Of a DNA stretch of 64,000 nt, positions 59,241 through 64,000 are shown in pieces. Made by a program: the position numbers and the translations under genes. The stretch is taken from assembly GCA_027031495.1 (NCBI GenBank), contig JALVQA010000004.1:56070-120069 (forward strand), read 5' to 3'. The DNA comes from Candidatus Moraniibacteriota bacterium. GTDB lineage: Bacteria > Patescibacteriota > Minisyncoccia > Moranbacterales > GCA-2747515. The notes beneath the pieces are model-generated. The model did no database searches, was not told where the DNA came from, and worked only from the letters and a program-made list of their open reading frames with translations. How positions within the stretch are numbered: the stretch's first letter is position 1; each line of letters starts with the position of its first letter.

Positions 59241-60356
59241 TTGTTAAGTATGAATAAATTGTTTGCATTTCTTGTTTCTGGTTTTATGACCATTGCCGTA
59301 GTAGCAGGGTTCTTTAACAGTGTGGCGTATGCCGAAAATTACAATGTGCAGAGTATTATCGGTACATATAAGACTGCGAGCAGTGTTTGCGCTGACGAAT
59401 CAAAAGTTGGTCATCTTGTACCATGCTCGCGACATTGTGATAATCCTGCGACGCCAAATGATGAAACAGAACCATGCAGTGTATGTCATATCATTGTTCT
59501 TGGGCATAATATCGTGCAATACATTCTCTACATAGCCGTTTTTGTTGCACTTGCCGTTATTACATTTGCTGGTGTAATGTACATTGTTTCAGCAGGTGAC
59601 CAAGGTATGATTACGACGGCAAAAGCTGCCCTAAAATATGCGCTCTTTGGTATGGTTTTTATACTTGCGGCATGGGTGATTATTAATACACTTATTACGG
59701 TCCTTTTGAAGCCAAACAAAGCAGGTGGTTCTCTGAAAGGTGGATGGAGTCAGTATTATTGTGAGAGTACTGACACCGGCGCTGGCACAAATCCTGACAC
59801 CGGCGCTGGCACAAATCCTGACACCGGCGCTGGCACAAATCCTGACACCGGCGCTGGCACAAATCCTGATAATAAAAAGCGCCCGGATAGTTGGATACCA
59901 AACCCGGATTCACATAGTGGAGTGATGTATTGCGCTGTTAAGCCATTTGCGAAAAATCCTGATCTTTTTATAGAGATGAACCGACATGAGTGTTACACAG
60001 ATGAGAATCATTGTCGAAATAAATTTAACAGTGTGGAGAATATGGAGAATAATGTCATGTGCATGAAATTTGATGCCAATACACCAAAGGTTAGACCTTA
60101 CAACTCATACAAAGTTTATCTCGATTTCATGGTAAAAGATAGTAAAGGTAGGGATGTGCGTATTTACGTTAACAAATACTATCCGCCATCAGATGATCCA
60201 TTAAATCCACGAAAGCGGTGTTTAGATGGAGTAGAAAAAGAATATGGGGACGCGTTAGATCAATATGGTGACAAAGGCAATCTTACTATCTGTGAGGGTT
60301 CGCTGTGGGCACCAAATGCAGATACTCAAAGGGATGCACAAAATACAACAAGATAG
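59241..60356 (+). CDS. Large member of the pilin-like family: signal peptide, VirB2/TrbC-like two-helix pilin domain, 4x DTGAGTNP repeat, Cys-rich ~190-aa C-terminal domain
   Basis: The pilin-like core is VQYILYIAVFVALAVITFAGVMYIVSAGDQGMITTAKAALKYALFGMVFILAAWVI. It is followed by a tandem repeat and a C-terminal domain with 8 Cys. Confidence 0.6.
   Translation: MLSMNKLFAFLVSGFMTIAVVAGFFNSVAYAENYNVQSIIGTYKTASSVCADESKVGHLVPCSRHCDNPATPNDETEPCSVCHIIVLGHNIVQYILYIAVFVALAVITFAGVMYIVSAGDQGMITTAKAALKYALFGMVFILAAWVIINTLITVLLKPNKAGGSLKGGWSQYYCESTDTGAGTNPDTGAGTNPDTGAGTNPDTGAGTNPDNKKRPDSWIPNPDSHSGVMYCAVKPFAKNPDLFIEMNRHECYTDENHCRNKFNSVENMENNVMCMKFDANTPKVRPYNSYKVYLDFMVKDSKGRDVRIYVNKYYPPSDDPLNPRKRCLDGVEKEYGDALDQYGDKGNLTICEGSLWAPNADTQRDAQNTTR
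59772..59867 (+). repeat. Perfect 4x 24-bp tandem repeat (GACACCGGCGCTGGCACAAATCCT) in-frame within the CDS
   Basis: The four copies are identical at the nucleotide level and encode (DTGAGTNP)x4. Confidence 0.9.
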
Positions 60357-60451
60357 AGTTGTGCTTTGTGCAAACGGTGTAGTAGTTGTTATAGTTTGTT
60401 TATGTGAGATTGTATGATAAGAAATACTGATCTTTTTAAATAAAAATTTCT

Positions 60452-61042
60452 ATGAAAAAAATACTTTTTACTGTCATGTTATGTCTGTTGGCTCTGCCAG
60501 CTACTAGTGCGATGGCGCAAAAAATTGGCGCAGAGTACGAAAACCCTTTAAAATTTAATACGGCTGATAAATTGATTACGAGTTTTCTTGATGCTATGCA
60601 GTTAACGATTGGCACACTGGCGGTTGTTTTCATTGTTATTGGCGGTATTTTATATATCACATCTGCCGGCGATCAGAATCGCATGACTGCGGCAAAGGGT
60701 GCATTTACTGCTGCAATCATTGGTCTCGCCATCGCTATCGCTGCACCAAGTTTTTTGCGTGAGATTTACAAGATCCTTAATGCAAAGGATGTGCCGGGAA
60801 GTGTTGCCAAATCGCCAACCATTGCTCAAATTGTGACAAATGTGCTGGAGTTTCTCCTTGGTATTGCTGGCACTATTGCTCTCATTGCACTTATTATTGG
60901 CGGTATCATGTATCTTGCTGCTGGTGGTGATGAAAGTCGTCTGGATGCCGGCAAGAAGATATTTACCAATGCGATTATTGGTATTGTTATTATCATGATA
61001 TCGCTCGTTATTGTGCAAACCATTGGCGAATTCTTTGCATAG
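60452..61042 (+). CDS. Secreted protein with two tandem VirB2/TrbC-like pilin domains
   Basis: There is a signal peptide. Domain 1 is TLAVVFIVIGGILYITSAGDQNRMTAAKGAFTAAIIGLAIAIA and domain 2 is TIALIALIIGGIMYLAAGGDESRLDAGKKIFTNAIIGIVIIMISLVIV. Confidence 0.6.
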   Translation: MKKILFTVMLCLLALPATSAMAQKIGAEYENPLKFNTADKLITSFLDAMQLTIGTLAVVFIVIGGILYITSAGDQNRMTAAKGAFTAAIIGLAIAIAAPSFLREIYKILNAKDVPGSVAKSPTIAQIVTNVLEFLLGIAGTIALIALIIGGIMYLAAGGDESRLDAGKKIFTNAIIGIVIIMISLVIVQTIGEFFA

Positions 61043-61054
61043 GTAAGAGGCAGT

Positions 61055-61342
61055 ATGAGTAATCTTTTTCTTTTTCCTATTGCGCATGCCGGTGTTGTTG
61101 CAGATGCAACGCCTATATCCGTTGTACTTGCACGCATGCTTGATGATGTATTGACAATTGCTGGAACAATATGTATACTAGCAATAGTGATCTCTGGTAT
61201 TTTATATTTAGTTTCTGCAAAGACGGGAGATGAACGCCTGCAGGGTGTTGCAAAGAAAGGTTTTGCAGCGTCGGTTGTCGGCGCTGTTATGATTGTCGGG
61301 TCATTGGTTCTTATGCGCACGATTGCACACTTTTTACAGTAA
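61055..61342 (+). CDS. VirB2/TrbC-like pilin-fold protein (95 aa)
   Basis: TICILAIVISGILYLVSAKTGDERLQGVAKKGFAASVVGAVMIVGSLVLM. Confidence 0.55.
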   Translation: MSNLFLFPIAHAGVVADATPISVVLARMLDDVLTIAGTICILAIVISGILYLVSAKTGDERLQGVAKKGFAASVVGAVMIVGSLVLMRTIAHFLQ

Positions 61343-61425
61343 TGTGCTGTTGAGAATCGCTGTATGTGTGATGTATGCGGGAATGTTATTAGATAATAAG
61401 GAGTAATTCTTTACGTAACATAATT

Positions 61426-61803
61426 ATGAAAAATATGTCATTTATTAAAAGTGGTGTTGCTGCAAGTATTGTGAGTGTGTTCTCATTGACAGCGCAGAGC
61501 ACACATGCTCAGCTTCTTAGCCCTGATGTGCTGAAAGATGAGACAGGCCTTCCTCTCAACAACATCATTGACATCCTTACACATATCATGCAGTGGATGC
61601 TGGCACTAGTATCTGTATTGGCGGTGATTAGTTTTGTTATTTCTGGTATCCTCTACCTTACTGCTGGCGGTGATGAAGATCAACTTGGCCGTGCACGACG
61701 CGCTTTTGTTGGGGCTATTTTTGGTGTTATTGTATCTCTGGTTGGCCTTATTGTTATTCAGGCAGTGCAGAAAGTTCTCTCTGGTGAGGGTACAGTATTT
61801 TAA
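61426..61803 (+). CDS. VirB2/TrbC-like pilin-fold protein (125 aa)
   Basis: A signal peptide is followed by MQWMLALVSVLAVISFVISGILYLTAGGDEDQLGRARRAFVGAIFGVIVSLVGLIVI. Confidence 0.6.
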   Translation: MKNMSFIKSGVAASIVSVFSLTAQSTHAQLLSPDVLKDETGLPLNNIIDILTHIMQWMLALVSVLAVISFVISGILYLTAGGDEDQLGRARRAFVGAIFGVIVSLVGLIVIQAVQKVLSGEGTVF

Positions 61804-61945
61804 TTTGTCGCATAAACAAATCATGTTATAATGGAAGTGTGTGTTGATATGGTTTTCTGTCAAGAGGTGAACAAAGATATAAATAAAAAAATAATATTCT
61901 CATTATGAATGAGATAAATATGCAAAAGAAAGGAGGTGGAAACAT

Positions 61946-62320
61946 ATGAAAAAGGCTATCTATAGTGCTGTAACATCGCTACTTGCTTTGCCTGCGCTTG
62001 TACGTGCTGGTGATGCTGGCGCTGGTGCTGGCGCTGGAAAATATATACCTGACGTTGACCTTCCAGAGGGCGATGGTACCGGTGTTCTTGGTATTGCAAG
62101 AAAGATCATGAAGTGGCTGCTGACACTTGTTGGTATTATCGCTATTATCGCGTTTGTTATTGCTGGTATTCTATACTTGACGGCAGCAGGTGACGAAGAC
62201 CAGATTGGAAGAGCGAAGAAGGCAATGATTAACTCTATCATCGGTGTGATTGTTGCATTGCTCGGTCTTATCGTTCTTAAGGCTGTTGACAATATGCTTA
62301 GAGCGAAAGATGAATGGTAA
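61946..62320 (+). CDS. VirB2/TrbC-like pilin-fold protein (124 aa) with (GA)n segment
   Basis: There is a signal peptide and a GDAGAGAGAGK segment encoded by a GCTGGY microsatellite. It is followed by MKWLLTLVGIIAIIAFVIAGILYLTAAGDEDQIGRAKKAMINSIIGVIVALLGLIVL. Confidence 0.6.
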   Translation: MKKAIYSAVTSLLALPALVRAGDAGAGAGAGKYIPDVDLPEGDGTGVLGIARKIMKWLLTLVGIIAIIAFVIAGILYLTAAGDEDQIGRAKKAMINSIIGVIVALLGLIVLKAVDNMLRAKDEW

Positions 62321-62417
62321 ATCTCCTCGTTGCAACGAGAGAAAACAAGTGAGGGTTCCCCCTTGCTTGTTTTTTTTGTGGTACGATGTATACTATAAGG
62401 TAGTATAATATTTTTTT

Positions 62418-62831
62418 ATGTATAAAATTAAAATGAAAATTCTTGCAACAATTCTTATGATGATTGCACTTCCCGCATCAGTATATGCTTTTGATGCAGG
62501 TGATGTTGCAAGTGCAGTCGGTGATGCGGTCGGTAATTTTAATATGGGAATTGGTTATGCTGGCATTAAAACCTTTGGCTTTAAGCCAACGACAATTACG
62601 GGTGTTGTCACCGCTACTATGAAATGGCTTATCGGCATCGTCGGCTCGGTCGCAATTATCATGTTTGTTGTTGCCGGTATTATGTATATGACATCGGCTG
62701 GCGATGAAACACAGGCGGAAAATGCAAAAAAAACGGCACGTTACGCGCTTTATGGCACAATTGTTGCACTTGGCAGTATGGTTGTTCTTCAAGCAATCTC
62801 CGTGATGCTAAAAGGGTCACCGGATTTTTAA
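62418..62831 (+). CDS. VirB2/TrbC-like pilin-fold protein (137 aa)
   Basis: A signal peptide is followed by MKWLIGIVGSVAIIMFVVAGIMYMTSAGDETQAENAKKTARYALYGTIVALGSMVVL. Confidence 0.6.
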   Translation: MYKIKMKILATILMMIALPASVYAFDAGDVASAVGDAVGNFNMGIGYAGIKTFGFKPTTITGVVTATMKWLIGIVGSVAIIMFVVAGIMYMTSAGDETQAENAKKTARYALYGTIVALGSMVVLQAISVMLKGSPDF

Positions 62832-62855
62832 TTTTTTACGTTTTAATTTTTAATT

Positions 62856-63248
62856 ATGCGTATCGTTAGAAATATATTTTTCGCTAGTTTATTATCTCTT
62901 GTGTTCATTCATGCAGCTTTTGGCTTTGAATGTCCTCAAGGCGATGGCTTAAAAATGAAAAAGATCGCTGGTGTGTGCGTGCAGGATTCTGGTCTTTCCG
63001 AACAGAAGATAGAGGTTATTTTAGTCACTGTTTCAAGCTGGCTTGCGTTTATGTTCGGCTCTGTTGCGATTGTTGTTCTGCTTGTCTGTGGCTTTCAATA
63101 CCTTCTTGCTGCCGGTGATGACACGCAGGCAGAGAATGCGAAGCGGTGCATAAAGTGGTCTGTTGTCGGGATTCTTGTTGCCGGCCTTGCATTTACAATT
63201 ACAAAGACGATTGCGTGGCTCGTTATGGGACTTCCGCCACTGTTTTAG
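62856..63248 (+). CDS. VirB2/TrbC-like pilin-fold protein (130 aa)
   Basis: A signal peptide is followed by SSWLAFMFGSVAIVVLLVCGFQYLLAAGDDTQAENAKRCIKWSVVGILVAGLAFTI. Confidence 0.6.
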   Translation: MRIVRNIFFASLLSLVFIHAAFGFECPQGDGLKMKKIAGVCVQDSGLSEQKIEVILVTVSSWLAFMFGSVAIVVLLVCGFQYLLAAGDDTQAENAKRCIKWSVVGILVAGLAFTITKTIAWLVMGLPPLF

Positions 63249-63282
63249 TGTTGGATTATTTTTGTATCATAAATAGATATAT

Positions 63283-63733
63283 GATGAGATACCTTTCTTT
63301 AATAGCACTTCTTTTCTCTTTTCTCTCCGTGTTTTTTGTTTATAACATGTCCTATACGTATGCGCTTAGTGGTAAAGGTGAAGCAGAATGTCTCGCGCAG
63401 GGCGGCAAAGTTGTCGGTACGCTTTGTTTGCCAACAAAACAAAAAACTGACCTTCCCGACAAGAAGATTCCTGCCATTTTAGCAAAAATTTCAGATTGGA
63501 TTGCCTATGTTTTTGGTTCTCTTGCCATCATTACATTTATTATCTGTGGCTTTCAATACCTTCTTGCTGCCGGTGATGACACGCAGGCGGAGAATGCGAA
63601 GCGCTGTATGAAGTGGGCCATAATTGGTGTTGCTACTGCAGGATCTGCAATGGTAGTTATGAGAGTTTTAGAAAGTCTCATAAATGCGTCATGGTCTCCG
63701 TTTTCGTGGTCTATGGTGCTCCCGGGATTATAA
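63283..63733 (+). CDS. VirB2/TrbC-like pilin-fold protein (150 aa), close paralog of the preceding gene
   Basis: The start was set at the internal MMRYLSLIALLF to avoid overlap. The core ISDWIAYVFGSLAIITFIICGFQYLLAAGDDTQAENAKRCMKWAIIGVATAG shares about 55 bp of near-identical DNA with the 62856 gene. Confidence 0.55.
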
Positions 63734-63752
63734 AGTTAATAGCAAAGAAGCA

Positions 63753-64000
63753 ATGAAATATTTTATTTTTTCACTAGTACTTATTGCACTTTCTTATGCA
63801 CTAACAGCTAGTGCCCTTGATGCGAATTGTCTTGCAAAGGGTGGTGTCTTAAACGGATGGATGCAGGGCGTTCACTGTGCAAATGACGCGTCAGGTCTTG
63901 AAAATACAAAAATAAAAAATATTATCAATGCCATAATGCTATGGATTATTACGCTTGTTGGCATTCTTTCCATTATCGCATTTGCCATTGCCGGTATTTT
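63753..64000 (+). CDS. VirB2/TrbC-like pilin-fold protein, 5' part (runs off window)
   Basis: MKYFIFSLVLIALSYALTASA (signal) is followed by INAIMLWIITLVGILSIIAFAIAGI, the start of the shared hydrophobic core. Confidence 0.5.
   Translation, partial: MKYFIFSLVLIALSYALTASALDANCLAKGGVLNGWMQGVHCANDASGLENTKIKNIINAIMLWIITLVGILSIIAFAIAGI

Noticed and set aside
59772-59867. 4x24-bp tandem repeat considered as CRISPR or noncoding satellite
   Set aside because: It lies in-frame inside a CDS with no spacers. It encodes a peptide repeat (DTGAGTNP).

Overview
This 64-kb window is a low-GC (roughly 40%), gene-dense bacterial chromosome segment. A reduced gene set, an L19 fusion, lamin-tail-domain proteins and a large pilin-like paralog array suggest a Patescibacteria/CPR-like organism, but that is inference only. 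Most long ORFs lie on the minus strand for the first ~28 kb.

Recognisable content includes:
- The replication-origin neighbourhood: infB, dnaA, dnaN and a DUF721/DciA-like gene, with DnaA-box clusters on both sides of dnaA.
- Recombination genes ruvC, yebC and ruvB.
- An oxidative-stress trio: a partial ribonucleotide reductase, an SOD-like protein and a 2-Cys peroxiredoxin.
- Cell-wall and shape genes: class A PBP, MurA, MreB and PgeF.
- zur with znuABC, preceded by a perfect 21-bp palindrome.
- rpmH-rnpA-yidC, followed by a polysaccharide export/glycosylation cluster (Wzx, two GT2 genes and a strongly GC-rich O-antigen-ligase gene).
- cca, a UDG4 glycosylase, a DHH phosphoesterase and rbfA.
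- Thirteen tRNAs.

Accessory and unusual content includes:
- Two decayed IS30 copies bracketing an island that carries gene debris and a secreted FAD-oxidoreductase with SLH domains.
- A frameshifted LTD/PKD surface protein.
- A tyrosine recombinase beside an AT-rich islet holding an ORF flanked by a 13-bp inverted repeat.
- Seven perfect parS-like palindromes within 0.9 kb.
- A three-gene cassette of two ATP-grasp ligases (one fused to a retropepsin-like peptidase) plus a multi-TM protein.
- A promoter-to-terminator structured sRNA candidate.
- At the 3' end, a tandem array of at least 9 paralogous secreted VirB2/TrbC-like pilin-fold proteins, one carrying a perfect 4x24-bp in-frame repeat.
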